Of a stretch of 64,000 bases of DNA, positions 1 to 13,412 are shown piece after piece. This DNA is from Pavona decussata. Its lineage: Eukaryota. The first letter of the stretch is position 1; each line of letters opens with the position of its first letter. The stretch covers positions 310,001-374,000 of the forward strand of contig CDRNST010000126.1 of assembly GCA_977016875.1 (NCBI GenBank). The letters are read 5' to 3'. Below the pieces are notes generated by a model, which did not search any database, was not told the DNA's origin, and saw nothing but the letters and a program-made list of their open reading frames with translations. The position numbers and the translations under genes are program-made.

Positions 1-293
1 AATGGAGTCTGCTGGATTTTTGAATATTGCAATTTCTGGAGTTTTGATTGGCTTAGCACCAATGGTATATGAGCTTATAGAGGCTTCCTCGGGGCATCGT
101 CCTCTTGTCGTCCACTTGCGATTGCAATGTTGGTTTCTATGCGATGATTATAGCCAACGAGGCTCTCGTTGGCTATCTATCAACTCGTCTCAAATGCGGG
201 CTCGTAGAGCAATTGTTAAATAGCACCTAGGAGAAAGGGTTCCCAAGGTTCACCACAAACAAATTTATTCATACTCTGTAAACATTTTCTCAG

Positions 294-3200
294 ACTGAAA
301 AACTTACATTCACTGAGAAGCCAGCCTTTGATAGCTCAGAATTCTGCTGCACCAGACATGAGATTCAAAGCAAGGTATGTTGATTGGCATCTTTTGACTG
401 CTGTTTAAACCCTATATAACGCAGGTAAGGGTTGTTTCATGGTGACCATTCTCTGACCTGTATGTTCTATATATCTGCGCTAGCTGACTATGCAAGAACG
501 TATAATTNNNNNNNNNNNNNNNNNNNNNNNNNNNNNNNNNNNNNNNNNNNNNNNNNNNNNNNNNNNNNNNNNNNNNNNNNNNNNNNNNNNNNNNNNNNNN
601 NNNNNNNNNNNNNNNNNNNNNNNNNNNNNNNNNNNNNNNNNNNNNTTAGAACTGCATACGACAACTTTTAACCTGCTGTAGACTTGCGAGAAATCTTCGC
701 CCTTCATTTGACACCACTCGACGTTCAATCTGACTATCGTTCTTTTGCCTTGTGGAATTTTGTTACTGACAGACGTTCGGGTTGGTCAAAGAGTTAAGAC
801 ATTCTTATATCAAGACTAGAAATATTTTTTTTAAACCAGCGCAACTATAGTGTTAAAGCGTGTAAATTAGCCGCAAAATATACTTTTAGCTCCTTGCATA
901 ACTTCTCTTTCTTTTCAATCAGGATGGAACTTTCGTCCCCATCACGATATTTCACCACAAAGATCTCAAAAAGAATGGAACAAACCCAATGTTACTTCAC
1001 GTATATGGTAAATTACACTTTTGTCTAGTGCCTACCTACTTTGCGTTTATCTCGAGCTGTGGTGATAACTTATCACTTGTGAGAGCGAGGCTAAGTGCAA
1101 AGCTTTTCGTATGAAAATTAGTTTTCATTCATATGCAAACAAAACTGATTTTCATATGAAAAGCTTTGCAAGTAGCCTCACTTTCATAATGAGGTTCAAA
1201 GCAACTTGGAGATGGCCTATTGCTGCTCAGAAGCTTTAACTTGAACCAATAATCTTTGAGTGAACCTGTAGATACCCTGCATTCTGTAGATCAAAGGTAA
1301 CTTGTCTGACAAAGTACTGCCAGTTTAGTAACAACAATTGAAGTATCGCATTTATTCTTAATTGCTTTTTATATTGTGAAGAGTGATGAGATTAGAATAT
1401 GTGCTGGTCTGAAATGACGAAGGATGGAAAAGAATGAGTTTGTTTGGTGAGAAATAACAGAGGGTCACCCCCAGGACTGGATTATTAAGATATTGTTATT
1501 AAGATTATTGTTAACATAGTTTGCCCTCCTTTGTCTTGCAGGCTCATATGGAATTAATGTGAACATGGGTTTTGAAGTGGAGAGGTTAAGCCTGTTGAAG
1601 CGTGGCTGGTGTCTGGCTTTCTGTCATGTCAGGTGATTCTGAGTAGAATGTAATTGCACGCAATATAAGATGCGGTCCTGAAGAATTTCATTACATGCAA
1701 CATGCAGTTGCGTTGCACAGCTAACAGCTTTGTGCAGAAGTAAAAACTTTCCTTCTCTGTTGATGGTAGTACATCGAAAAGTTGCACGGCAGATGTTTTA
1801 ATTTTTCTACTTAATTTTTCTTTAAACCTTTAGTCATACGATGTGTTTTTTGGTCAGTGACACGGCCATACTCAGAAAAAAGGTCATAGGTTCGACTCCT
1901 GTTGGGAGAAGTCGAGAGTATGCCTGTGTCATGGACGATCATATGCATAGCATGCTTCATATGATCGCTGAAGTTTAGAGACTGTCAAACGTATCCATTT
2001 GAACTGCAAAGGAATAGACCTTTATCACATTGCGGCCATGTTGAGTCTCAGGAGAATAAAAGCTTTGTTTTTGCACGGCAAGCCTCGCACTGAATTCGCG
2101 TCTGGCCAAGGCTTGCCGTGCGAAAACAAAGCTTTTTATTACTCGGAGACTCAACATGGCGGCCGAGTGATAAGGGTCTATTGTATCAGTTCCTTAACTT
2201 TGATTCTTTATTTTAACTGAATTTGTTTTATTTCCAGAGGTGGTGGTGAGCTGGGTCGAGAATGGTACTTACAAGGAAAGTTAAAAAATAAACACAAAGG
2301 ATTTGAGGTAAGGCTGTATGCAGCGCTTTTAAGTGTAATGTTTGGCGAAAAGTGACCTCAGTAAACAATAGTAAGAAAAATGAGAACTATATAGAACCTA
2401 GTTTATTTAATGGCCAATTTCTCACGAGTCTCCTATAGCTCAGTGACAGAGCGTCTATTCCCTTTTTCCGAGTTTGCCTGTGTTACTCACTGAATAATAC
2501 ATCATTCTCATGAATCTATTATTTAGCATGTTGTTCGCATACGTACACACTACACCAGTCGGATACACTAACCGCTGATCTGCTGGGAGACTGGTAGCGA
2601 ACGACGCCATATACTAGCTTCATGTGTGGCACGCGTCCACTTAGCAACGACAATTTTTTTAATGAGCAAAACAATCGCTCTCCGCCTGCGTTTTAAATTT
2701 TGGTACATTTATTTGCCGTCTTCTGTTAAGTGACAACGTAAAATGATCACATTCAAGGTTTTGTCGAGAACATGAGAACAAGATGGTGTATTTTTCGTTT
2801 TCAGTTTCTTAATGTGAACGCTGCTCTTATCAATTTGGTTCTTCGGTAGTATGCCGTTTTTGTACAAGCTGAACGAGTTGAAATAATGGCGAAGTAGCAA
2901 AAATAAAATACTAAAAAAATTATTTTCAAGTAACGTAAACGTTGTCGTTGGTGTTACCGTCGTCGCTGCTTATAATTAAGTTCCCTAACTGGTGGCAAAT
3001 CTCGGCAGGTCATAACAAAAGAAAAGAGAGATTTAGTATTTAGAAATGTTTCTTGCATTGGATAAAGAAAACAATTAGCAAAAATGTTGTAAGAAATTCA
3101 AACAAAAGTGGTAAGGAAACAGACTTACTATAGGCCTTTTGCACTCATCTAAAACGTTATTTTTTTATGACTTCAGGATTTTGAAGCCTGTGCACAAGCT

Positions 3201-3763
3201 CTGCACCGTCTGGGGTATTCCACTCCTGAGCTAACAGCTGCCTCCGGGACAAGTGCAGGAGGATTGATAGTAGGAGCCGTCTGTAATAGGTCACCAGGAC
3301 TCTTCAAGGCTGTTATTCTTAAGGTGGATTGACTAATTTATTGAATGAATGTACTAGGTTGCTCATTTACTGATTGCTGATTTTAATGTGATGTTTTGAT
3401 GACATTATCTCTGATTGCTTTTCGTTTTCCAGTCGGCTTTGTTACCGTTGCTTGATCGAACATCGATTTCGCGGATTTCAAAGCGATGAGGAGGCAGCGT
3501 GGTCGAGTGGTTAGGGCGCCGGACTTGAAATCCGGTGGTCCCGGGTTCAAGTCCCGCTCTGACTGCTAGCCGAAGTTGTTTCTCGGTAGCCCCGAGTTCA
3601 ACTCCTCGGCCGCGCTTGTAAATAGCCAGCAGGTCTGCCTCCTGCCAGTTGGGAATTTTAACCATGTTATTTTCAATTTATACTATTTCTTTACGAGGTT
3701 TAATGCTCGGCCCCACTAGCGCTTGTGCTATAAACACTGCCGAGGGTAAAAAAAGGTTATTAC

Positions 3764-3833
<70 letters not shown>

Positions 3834-6620
3834 TTTATTATTATTATTATTTCTGTGAGAAGTTTAGTTGTAGGAGAGAATTGGATACTAGCAGTCCCAT
3901 TCTTTTTAGTTGAGGGGCGAAAGCTAAAACTAATTATGCAGTACCCGCACCCTTATAAGCTGCAGCTACATTGTTTGTTGTTGTTGTTATTGTTGTTGTT
4001 GTTTTTTTCGGGGGGTGGGCTGAGAACATTGTACTGTTGTTCGTTCTTTTGACCCCTCAACCAATCATGTAAGACGTTGCAAACAATGCAGGTCGCCCAA
4101 GATTAAGACGCAGCAAAGCGAAGAAGCAACACAGTCAGTGTGAAAGGAGAGCAACTGTTCCTTTGCTTCTTTTGCTCACCATCTCGAAGGTCAAAAAGGA
4201 CTACATCGATGTAATTGTAACCAACCAATCAAAGATTCCTTTGAGGGGCCGCTTCAAGGCAGGATTTTGGTTCTATCCAAATTAAAATAACTGAGTTATA
4301 ATGCGTGTCATTATGTTCTATAGGTTCCATTTTTAGATATTTTGACGTCCATGTTGGATCCATCTCTCCCGCTGACCATTCAGGAATACGAGGAGTGGGG
4401 TGAACCCGGGTAAGACTGCAACCATTGTTATTGTTGTTGTTGTTGTTGTTTCGTTTGGTTCATTTTCGTACCTTAACCCTTTAACCCCTAAGAGTGCCAA
4501 TTAGCACATAATTCAATAACTCTTTTAATATTAATTTTGACAGATTTCTATGAATTTTTGACTCGGAGATGGTCTTGTGAAGGTCTACTCATTAAAAGGA
4601 TAAAAACTTAACCCCCTCCCATATGCGATATGGTTGACCACCCCCATAACTTTTAAACTTTTTCCCCCTAACAGGATTGGGACGTTTTTGAACTTTTAAA
4701 TTTTTACGTTTTAAGGCCATTTATCTCAGAGCCATAACTTCCTAGCAGTTATACGCGTAACTAACATTTCCCAATTCTTTTTACGAGTGCTACCTGGCCT
4801 GTACGCTATTAGACACTATTGTTCCCTCAGTAATTCGAGTATAGTTGCATTTTATACACCACTTGTGCGAAAAAGGGGTACGTGAAGCGTGCATGTGCAG
4901 TAAGCCACTACCTCTCTGCAAACTCTTTTTTTCAACTCAACCTCAGGCTATTCTTCTTCTTCTTCTTCTTCTTTTTTTTTTGAGGACGTTTTTTATCATT
5001 ATTTTATTTATTTGTCTTTTATTTTATTAGCCTTAAACTACAGAGAATGCAACATTTACAGTAATAAACACCGCATAGACTACTTATAATAATTACAATA
5101 CTGACAGTAACAATACCTACTATACTTGTAATAATTATAACTATACTTTCGATATTAAGGGCATTGTTGTGACGTATTAAGTCGTAGAGGACGATCCTGG
5201 TTGCGTGATCATATCATCGCCATTGAATTACTAATTAAAGCACAAAATTAGGTGGGTGAAAACCTGGTAAATCGACCTGTGAATATGACGTCTGTCAAAG
5301 GTCACTCAATATTCTTTAGAACCTTATAAGTGCATCTTGCATAAAAAAAAAAAAAAAAACACGTCCATCTTTTTTCCAGGTCAAGTGAAAGTGACTTTCA
5401 TTACATCAAGTCATATTGCCCATACCAGAACATTAGGGATCAGGTGCGTATTGCTTTGAAGGGTTTTCGGTCACTTCGCCCCATGCAAGATCGCAGATCG
5501 CTCCACACTACGGTTAGATCGCTCCACGTGATAGTTAAATCGCTCTATGCGGGTCACCATTGGAGCTTAAAGTGTATAACTTTGAATTCTGTCAGTGAAA
5601 CTCCACTGTTATTAACTTCCCACTGCACTTTTTAAAATCTTTCCAGGTAATCTTCTAAGCCTAAAATAAATAAATAAAGAAATCCTCTAAGCTCTGCATT
5701 CATGTGAAACTTTTAATATTCTGCTTGTTTATTTTCGAAAATTTGGTCCTCGAGCGAGTTTGAATTTCGTACTTTTAACTTTTTTCCACCAATAAACTTG
5801 CCTGAATTTTTGACAGATATATCTTCCTGGAAAATATGCGGAGTGTATTCAATCTTCTGCTACCTCATGCACTATTCCAAGCTTTTCATCCGTAAGGGAT
5901 GTCGGGTAATTGTTTGATTCGCGTCTCCGGGAAAGAGCTCTTAATCAAGGGTAGGTGCTGATTGAAAAAACCTTTCACAGTTACTGTCAAAATTCCCGCG
6001 CGCTTATTGGTTCGTTGTTGTTGTCTCTAAGAGTACAGACAGTACAATTGACGTCAGATGTAACACGCGTGCTTTCTCAGCGGAAAATAAAGCCAATTCC
6101 ACACGTACTTTTCCCATGTTAATGTAAAAAACAAAAACAAAAAAACAACAACAACAACAAATCGACGGCTGTTTTCTATGGTCTATACGACCATAAAATG
6201 ACGCCATAAAATGTTGAAAACTTGACAGTGAAACCACTCGCCCACTTGAGTTTTGAACATTTTATGACGTCATTTTATGGTCTGTAAGAGTACACGCCAT
6301 AGAAAACAGCCGTCGGGCGCGATTTGTTAAGTTAATTGTGTAACCCGTGTGCCCCTTTGTCCTTACAGCCTTACCCTGCTGTGATGGTCGGCTCTTCAAT
6401 GAATGATGACCGTGTGCCGTACTGGCTGCCTCTGAAGTGGGTGGCTCGTCTCAGAGACCAGTTGTCAAGTCTGCAGACATCCGAGACACCGCTTGTTGTG
6501 TGCAATGTTGATTATTACTCTGGACACTTTGGATCAGAAAATACTTACCGGCGGTTTGAACAGGTACAGAAACGAACGAATGGAGGGAGGGACGGATCGA
6601 TGGACGTACGATCAAATCAG

Positions 6621-6700
<80 letters not shown>

Positions 6701-7491
6701 GGTTTGATTAATTGATCGATCGATCGAACGGACAGACGTACGGACGAATGCATGAAGCAAAATATGGACCAACGGTCAGCGTAACGTTGATATGTCGATC
6801 GAAAGAGCGGGTGAGCAAGGGAGGGAATGGACAAACGAACGAACAAACGAGTTGAACGCGCATGGCTATTTCGTTTGCCAGTTCTGACTTTGGAACATGT
6901 AGCTACGTATTGGTAATTACATGTAGCTCATGCTTAACTTAGGTACAAAGTAATTTCAAGTGTGAAGTGAAAGGTATTGAAGTAGTTTCTGTGGCACTTT
7001 TTTTTTATCCTTGTGCAATGTGGTAATGACGTTTAAGTCTGAATGAAAGCCTAAAGCACTTTGACGCGTTTTATATAGACTGTTCACAGTCCCCCTATTT
7101 TTCCGTGGGATTGTCGACACGGGTACGCTTCGATGGAGCTGTTGCCATCTTGGTTAGTAAAAGTTAGCGCGATCTAGGGAGAGTGTCTGAAGTACCGAGG
7201 GGAGTGGAGTGGGGGTTAGTTGAGAGGGGGAGCGAAATTTTTCCCGCCGCCTCCCCACTCCCGCTCCCCTCGGTAGTTTAGACACTCTCTCCAGATCGCG
7301 CTCGCTTTTACAAACCAAGATGGCGACAGCTCCATCGAAACGTACCAGTCTCGAGAATCCCACGGAAAAATAGGGGGACTGTGAATAGTTTTTTATTGTT
7401 CAGTTCTGAATATTAACATACGTTGTTTGTTTCTTAGGCAGCAAAAGAGTATGCCTTTCTCCACAAAGTATTAGGACTGCCACTGAAGTAG
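294..7491 (+). CDS. PREPL: Prolyl endopeptidase-like / oligopeptidase-B-like serine peptidase (S9A), 3' nine exons; 5' part lies upstream of the window
   Basis: Phase-consistent GT-AG exons 294-374, 923-1007, 1542-1632, 2238-2307, 3177-3323, 4324-4409, 5380-5443, 6369-6563, 7438-7491. Motifs: SKDGTFVPITI, LLHVYGSYG, HVRGGGELGREWY, GTSAGG (catalytic Ser), VPFLD...EYEEWGEP, YIKSYCPYQNI, DDRVP (Asp), SGHFG (His), EYAFL..VLGL stop. AATAAA near 7597. Confidence 0.9.
508..645. other. Assembly gap (N run)
   Basis: 138 N. Confidence 1.
2012..2182. mobile_element. Hairpin MITE (ATAGACC-type termini)
   Basis: aatagacctttatcac...gtgataagggtctatt; almost the whole element is an inverted repeat. Confidence 0.75.
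2394..2512 (+). repeat. tRNA-derived fold-back repeat family, fragment
   Basis: acctagtttatttaatggcc...gagtctcctatagctcagtg...ttccgagtttgcctgtgttactcactgaataatacatcattctc, matching copies at 22.4, 23.3, 25.8, 33.1 and 37.1 kb. Confidence 0.7.
3490..3852 (+). mobile_element. tRNA-head SINE (Nin-domain-like core) with (TTA)n tail
   Basis: A-box-like gtggtcgagtgg, B-box ggttcaagtccc, core aaatagccagcaggtctgcctcctgccagttggga, ~95-nt (TTA)n tail at 3757-3852. Confidence 0.8.
5972..6336 (-). mobile_element. Non-autonomous hairpin-ended element (Crypton-like layout), apical loop partly deleted
   Basis: Inverted arms aacaaatcgacggctgttttctatgg...ccatagaaaacagccgtcg..gatttgtt (6157-6328); same family as 36440-36570; ATTGG box at the distal end. 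Confidence 0.5.
6621..6700. repeat. (ATTG)n microsatellite
   Basis: ~20 tandem units. Confidence 0.95.
7076..7390. mobile_element. MITE with long TIRs
   Basis: tagactgttcacagtccccctattttttccgtgggatt ... aatcccacggaaaaatagggggactgtgaatagt. Confidence 0.8.
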
Positions 7492-10400
7492 ACTCAAGGG
7501 TGGCAGGTCGCAGAGATCATAAGTGCACCTTGCACAAAGACCAGCAACGTAAAGCATCCTTGACATAAACAATGCGGAGCGGAAAGGCGGAACGTGAATA
7601 AATGAAGAAACGAAGGCAACGAAAAGTCTTTCCACACCTACAACCAATAGGTTACTTCTGGAGTCCCGTACCGTTGGCGGCACAAAGCCATTTGACTAGA
7701 GGTACCATGTCCCTCAAGGAAGCTGTTTGAAAGGGATTATGCCTTTATGTTAATAACAGTTTGAGAAGCCAAAGGTTGCAGTTCTACCTATGACAGCCCC
7801 ACCCCTTCAAAAAATGTTCCATTTTTGTTAAAAGTCGCTATATCAAGATACAGAAGCTCTTGACTTGTTTCTTTGACCATGGATGATAAAAATGTATTGC
7901 CGCAACTGGCCATAGTCGAGCCAACCTTTTCAAATCTGCTCTGGTTTTTGTTTTTTTAACCGGACCTCCATTCTTGCAATAAATTGAGGCTAACTCTTGG
8001 CTTTAAGTCTGAACTCCCTTTCTCTGGTACACCTGAAAACATTATTATACTGCACAAAAAAACAGCCTTAAGTTTTGCCAATATTCGCTTGAAATTTTCC
8101 GTGGTCTGCAATTTTGGAGTTTGCGGCATCACATTGTTTGCTGCGTAATAATTGGACAACCTGTGACGCTCCAACTTCTTATGGAACTGAAATATTATAT
8201 CCATGTTTGCCAAAGAAACTCGAAATTAGGCCAGTATTTCCAATAAGCCTCCAGTTTTTGGAGTAGCTGAGGTACGGTATCTAAACATGAGTTGATGTTC
8301 CCTTTGTTTTCTCGTGAGGGGGGGGGGGGGGGGGGAGGGTTTACTGATCACAAGACTTACCAAGCAGCCGGAAAATCCTGGTGACACGTTTAAAAAATGT
8401 CAAGGGATTATTCCATGTCGAAAGACGCAATAATACGGAAATACTTTAAACAAAGAAGCCAATTCTGAGTATGGGTGAAAGGGTGTCATCATCTGGTTAT
8501 ATTGGTTAGCTCAAGTTGACGCAAACAGCATTGTTTAAGTGTTGTTTACTCTGCTATGAGCGAGCGCGCAGGATTGTCTTGTTAAAACTGATAGTTTTTT
8601 GTTCGTTTTTGCAATTTTCTTGCATTTACGAGTACTTTAGGCCGCCTTAGGGAAGTCTTCCCAAGTTGGCCTTTTCATATGAGATGACTAGCCTGTCCCT
8701 GTCGATTAGGGTCTTTGCTTTAGCACCTTCAAACATGTCGTTTATAAAAACTCATGTCAAGCGACGTCATTTCAAGACCAAGGCGCTGTAATGGTTAAAT
8801 GTTATTCTCTACTATAACAAACCCACCGCCTTGTTTCATTCAGGTATCTTGGGTTTTGAGCGTTATGAGAGAGCATTGTTCCAAAATGGCAGCTGTTCAG
8901 AAATCATGACTCAATTCCCCCTGGACCATATTACGTCATCAACTTATTGCGTGGACATCAAACTATATCTTTATAGCTTTAATGCTATTGAAGTTTCGGG
9001 GGAGGGGGAGATTTTGTAGGTCACGAAAATGCAAGCCTTGTCCTTATTTCATACTTCAGAGAGAGGAAAACTTCGGTTGGGGTTTTTTTTTTCCGAATTA
9101 CTGTTTTCCTCGTTTTACTGTTTCCTCAAGACGAGTCCTTAACCATTCGGTTTAATTTACATGGAAAAGTAAAACTCACATTCACATGAATTGGTTTTGC
9201 ACCAAGTCTCTTTGGCTCGTTTCGAATAAAAGGTAAAAGGAACTCGGAAATGGCCGAAGAATTCAGAAGTTGCCCCGAAGATTCTTAAGGCCATTTACCG
9301 AAGGCTTAGGTTTTCGAAGTCTGGCGACGTTAAAACGAACAGAACGAAGGATTTATTTATAATTATTTGGACAAATTTGTTTGACATGAAACAGGTAATA
9401 GAACACAAATGGGAAGGGCGCAAACGGGAGTCCTTTGTCAGACGCCTACTCATGGAAACTAAAATAATTTAAAGTAAATAAAAAATAGCGATAAATGATT
9501 ATAAAAGGCTGAGGAAAAAAATTAACAGCATGAAGGACACGCGAACGAGCCATGGCCAAGAAAACTAATAGGAAGAGATAATTTCAAACGATTTCCGAGA
9601 TTTTAGGTGAGATGAAAGACAGAAATGCGCTGGTTATACGGAATTTCTACTCTTAATTATAATTATAAATAAGTAACAGGAACAACAAATTGAAAAATCG
9701 CTCGAACTCCCTGAACAGTTTTTTCAGATAAATGGATACTCGTCGCGTTTAAAAAATTCTCAAAATTGTGTTAGCCTTTGTCAAATTATCACGACACCCG
9801 ACCCTCTACAACCCACTTTACCTTGACGTGCGGCAAGAGTGACATTGATAGCAAGCAAATGTTGCGCAATCATAAGAAAAGGATGTTTTCGCCCACAAGT
9901 CATACAAGAGTACCTGCATTTACCCCAAAGGTACTGTAAACAGACCATTCTTTATTTTTTTTTTCCCCTTTTTTGGTCTAATAAGATTAAATTTAGAAAT
10001 ATAGTTGACTATAAAATAAGCGAAAAAACGGATGACGACGCCGAAACGCCGTTTCGTTTATTTGCTTATTTTTATAGTCACCGAACTGTTTTTTTTGTTT
10101 TTGTTTTTTTGTTGTTGTTTTTCACCTTGCTTCCTTCACAGACCAGGGACTGATTAAGAATCTTAAATATATTTTACTACCTTGGTTTTCATCGGAATCG
10201 ATTTCCCCCGAATTGCCTACTTCGCATTCAGTGACTAAAGATCCAAATTGTTTCTAAAAATCCTCTTATCCATACCCACGCTTTTCTTTTTACGACCTCC
10301 GTCGACTAGTGGTGGAATTTTTGAGTAGGAATTAATTATGAATGATATGGCCTATATTTATAACCAGAATATAAAAAGAACGTGATCTCTCTACAGATCA

Positions 10401-10868
10401 AATATTTCGGAGCCGCTGTAATTTTCTGATAAGTACTTCAAGTAATTTTTAAATGGCTATCGTCATGGCGATGTTTTAAGTGTTGGGTCAACATTGTGGT
10501 AATTCCCGCGCACGTATATTGATCCTAAAACACGAAAAGGACGACAACAAGTAGTTTCTCAAAGGCAGAATAAACTATAATCAAGATTTAGTGATTTCCT
10601 CAAGAAAGAAGGAAAATACTTGTTTTTGCCGGATTCCAAAAACACGCAATTTGCATTATCCTTTCCCAGTAGAGTAATTTTAAACCAAGGGCGCGATTTT
10701 TGGGCATATTTCGGATATTTCAAAATCCGAATACCTTGAAAACTTAAATATATTCTTTTTCTAAACATAAATAAGAATTCGATTCTTTTACTTTGGCCAT
10801 TGGGATAAGTTTTGGTTACCTGGCAACAGATGCAATATAGATTTCAGCGCATTCAGAATACACAGAAA

Positions 10869-11236
10869 AGGGAGTTTAAGAAACGAGGACGGCAACGGTA
10901 ACGAGAACGTCATTTAAAAATATAACTTCTCGTTTTTGTAACTCTTGCGCAATCATTTAAATTTGTTTAACTCGGAAAATGCTGGCGAACTCTCCAGGAA
11001 CAAAATTAGTATGAACGACGTCAAAGTAAGGAAAAATAAAGAAGATTTTGCGTCATACGCTACCGTTCTCGAGAAAAGCTAAAATTTGGTCATTTCACGT
11101 TGTTGTTTTGCAGAGGACGGCAAAGAAATGTACCAAAATGTAAAACGCACGCGCAAAGCGATTGTTTTTGCTCATTAAGCCCATTGTTTTATGGCGTTCT
11201 CGTTACCGTTCCCGTCCTCGTTTCTTAAACTCCCTA
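10869..11236. mobile_element. MITE (AGGGAGTTTAAG TIR family; partial copies at ~2640-2986 and ~60830-61016)
   Basis: agggagtttaagaaacgaggacggcaacggtaacgagaacg ... cgttctcgttaccgttcccgtcctcgtttcttaaactccct. Confidence 0.85.
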
Positions 11237-11421
11237 ATATGTCCCCAAAAACGCGCCCCAAAACTGAACCATTTTTCTGGATTTTCTTTTGTTCCAATAT
11301 GCCTTTTATCTTTCTAAAGTACTGAACCTCATAGCCCCAGTCATAAAATATCTTTATCTTTGCCTTCCTCTTCCTTCACGCCCACTGTTCTCTTCTAGAA
11401 GAGAAAAGCTCCGGCGTTAAA

Positions 11422-11680
11422 TACAGCTATTTCAATTAACGTTGTCGGTTCAAAGCATGAAGCTAAAAGACAAGACCGAAAGTTTAAGTGGGATTTTTAT
11501 GAATAAATTCATCAAAATCAGTCATGCCTGGAGAAAACAATAGGCTGTAATTAGCAGTACAATGACCTGCACGTGCAGGGATGATTTTGATGTAATTATT
11601 CATAAAAAAATCCCACAAAACATTGCGGTCTTGTCTTTTAGCTTGATTTTAATCCGACAACGTTAATTGAAATAGCTGTA
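11422..11680. mobile_element. MITE with TA target duplication (Tc1/mariner-type termini)
   Basis: ta-cagctatttcaattaacgttgtcgg ... ccgacaacgttaattgaaatagctg-ta. Confidence 0.8.
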
Positions 11681-12414
11681 TAGGAAGAAAGGAAGTCATT
11701 TCATTTTCGTCTAGACATTTTCCTTTCTCAGATATACATTATCTTTTAAGGGCACTTTTTGGCCCGTTTCGATGGGACATCTGTTCGAAAAGCCTTACTG
11801 AATCGCCTCACAAGTTTGTAGGATTAAATTGTGATGGAAAACTATACTTTTCTTTAGCGAAATGTCATCTTAAACTTTGGCATCACCGGAAAGCTAATTC
11901 CTTTTATTTTCGAAAGGGGAAAAAAATGGTGGTTTAAGTAAGTGCAAAATAAGGCAAGATACAATTTTCGAAAAGCCAACAGCAGATAGCAAATTCGGGG
12001 AATGAGATTCTTTTCCCTAAAACGTTAGTTCTGCTATTTGCGTTTTCAGTTGAATGCGAGCAGATCCAACTGTGATAACTTACATGAATATCACCTCATT
12101 CTTAGGTCATAAAACGATCCTGGTGAAGAACACAACTCTAACGACAACATTTTTTAGTGTTTTTCTGTTTCTCAGTCTTTGAACAATGTACATTCACAAT
12201 GCACATTCTTAACTTTAAAGTCAATAAAAAACCTTTACCTAAGAAGTCCTAAGGTTTACTGATTAAAACACGGGGCAGTTTCAACAAGCTTAATTCTTTT
12301 TTATTGACAAACTTGCAACTGTGGCAGTTCAATAACAAACATTAGGACTTTAGTTTAGCTTGTTCTTGGTAGTTCTTCTAATATCATGTGACTGGAGTGC
12401 TTCAATGGCGTCTA

Positions 12415-13326
12415 CTAGTCCTTCAAACTGTCTCCATCTTCTTCTTGACAGTTTAGTGAACGGGCGGCTTCACAAATGTTTCTTCGATAACGATCATACT
12501 GAAAACAGTAACATCCCCATTAGCATTAGCATGGAAAAAATTTCGAGCCACAGCCTTCCACGCAGTCCTTTTTAGTGGTTTCGTAATACGACTTCCCCTA
12601 AAAATGACTACGTGGGAGGCTAATACGGGGATAAGCAAAATCTTCTGTAGTATGAAACAGCAACGAGCATTATTATTATTCTCTCTCCTCCCCGCTCAGG
12701 GATGTGATGTTCAGCTGGCATAATGTCGCTGGTATTAATATAAATCTGGATAGGGTGACAACAGGACAATGTAGGGACCACAACTGAACTACCCCTCTCC
12801 CACAAAACTTTAGTCGACAGTACTATTCGATGCGTTACCCAAGCACTACTACGCTTCTATTGTAGCATCAGTACTTTATGACTATTAAAAGTGTTTTTTG
12901 ACTCAACGGGAAACTTCCTAAATCTTAATTACAACAGAAATCTTGATATGAAGCTAAGTCCATTCGTCGTCTACCTGTCATTGTAACGGTAACAACTAGA
13001 TACAAAGGGGAAAGTTCTGAACGTAAAATATTGAACTGAAGTCACATTCCAGGCTACTCAATGGCTCAAAACATCCTCGAAAACAAAACCCGTTCAATTA
13101 TCTCTATCGTGTGTCAACGACACTTGTGAAATTGATACAAAAAAAACTATTTAAAGTTGCTGACTTGAGACTGTCAATTTACCTCTCGTTTCCTAAGAAA
13201 TTCTCGGCGACCATTATTGACGTTAGTTGGCCATGGAGCGAATGCTTCGGCTTCTTGATAGCTAGCCAACAACAAGGTTGAAATACAGAAACAAAGCACA
13301 ACCAGCGAGGACGAGAACTTCTTCAT
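12415..13326 (-). CDS. Small secreted peptide precursor (75 aa), candidate amidated neuropeptide or bioactive peptide
   Basis: Exon 1 13326-13183 (48 codons, donor GAG|gtaaat), exon 2 12498-12415 (acceptor ttttcag|TAT, phase 0). Translation MKKFSSSLVVLCFCISTLLLASYQEAEA-FAPWPTNVNN-GRR-EFLRKR-EYDRYRR-NICEAARSLNCQEEDGDSLKD*. TATA-like TTAAATAG ~80 nt upstream of ATG, AATAAA ~110 nt after the stop. Confidence 0.8.
12552..12622. mobile_element. Short hairpin MITE (TAGCCTCCCACGCAG family; second copy 14707-14779)
   Basis: agccttccacgcagtcctttttag...ctaaaaatgactacgtgggaggcta. Confidence 0.7.
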
Positions 13327-13404
13327 AGCGATCAACACAACGGATCAGATTCCAGTGCTGGGTGTTATGGTAGAATTTCCTGTGTGCATAGCGGTTAATG
13401 GCCC

Positions 13405-13412
13405 CTATTTAA
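13405..13412 (-). promoter_or_regulatory. TATA-like box of the peptide precursor gene
   Basis: TTAAATAG followed by GGGC on the minus strand, ~80 nt upstream of ATG 13326. Confidence 0.5.

Noticed and set aside
3490-3562. tRNA-like sequences here and at ~22.6, 23.6, 25.8, 33.3 and 38.8 kb as tRNA genes
   Set aside because: Embedded in dispersed repeats with SINE cores or fold-back arms and variably degenerate; treated as tRNA-derived repeats.
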